A stretch of 32,000 nt of DNA from positions 1 to 32,000 of the forward strand of contig NZ_MPKA01000090.1 of the NCBI RefSeq assembly GCF_001945605.1, written 5' to 3'. Position 1 is the stretch's first letter; each line of letters opens with the position of its first letter. Position numbers and translations under genes: made by a program. Below are positions 31,978 through 32,000 of the stretch, one piece after another. The stretch is from Dubosiella newyorkensis (GTDB taxonomy: Bacteria > Bacillota_I > Bacilli_A > Erysipelotrichales > Erysipelotrichaceae). Below the pieces are notes generated by a model. It did not search any database, was not told the DNA's origin, and saw only the letters and a program-made list of their open reading frames with translations.

Positions 31978-32000
31978 AAAGCATATGTTTGATCTTTTCT

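Overview
32-kb window from a low-GC Gram-positive (Bacillota-like) chromosome. The lineage call rests on sufC-D-S-U-B order, lspA-rluD linkage, a class B sortase, PrsA-like foldases and an LtaS-family enzyme. I call about 26 protein genes. I saw no rRNA, tRNA, CRISPR array, transposase or integrase. The left ~14 kb looks accessory and is entirely extracytoplasmic. It holds an AT-rich polytopic GT-C-like membrane protein, then three consecutive secreted proteins. Each of the three carries three ricin-type (QxW) beta-trefoil lectin modules fused to a different cell-wall hydrolase domain: a C39-like Cys peptidase plus choline-binding-type repeats, an Amidase_2 domain, and a phage-tail-type lysozyme. 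After these come a secreted GH5 enzyme with a CBM2-like tail, an LtaS/MdoB-type transferase ending in ~8.5 copies of a 36-bp repeat (GGDSGTTTPPST), and a membrane-anchored SGNH esterase. The right ~18 kb is core housekeeping: UvrD/PcrA-type helicase, sortase B, two parvulin-like foldases, sufCDSUB, 5-formyl-THF cyclo-ligase, an unknown 355-aa protein, an HD protein, a cold-shock protein, a signal-less 480-aa all-LRR protein, an ABC1/UbiB-type kinase, lspA, rluD and dCMP deaminase. Three things are most worth a second look. First, the lectin-hydrolase trio, with possible glycan-docking logic involving the GT-C-like protein and the Thr/Pro repeat stalk. Second, a strong GATC enrichment across the window that is absent from the first ~2.3 kb. 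Third, a cold-shock gene terminator that abuts the ribosome-binding site of the next gene. All domain calls come from motif recognition by eye, not from searches.
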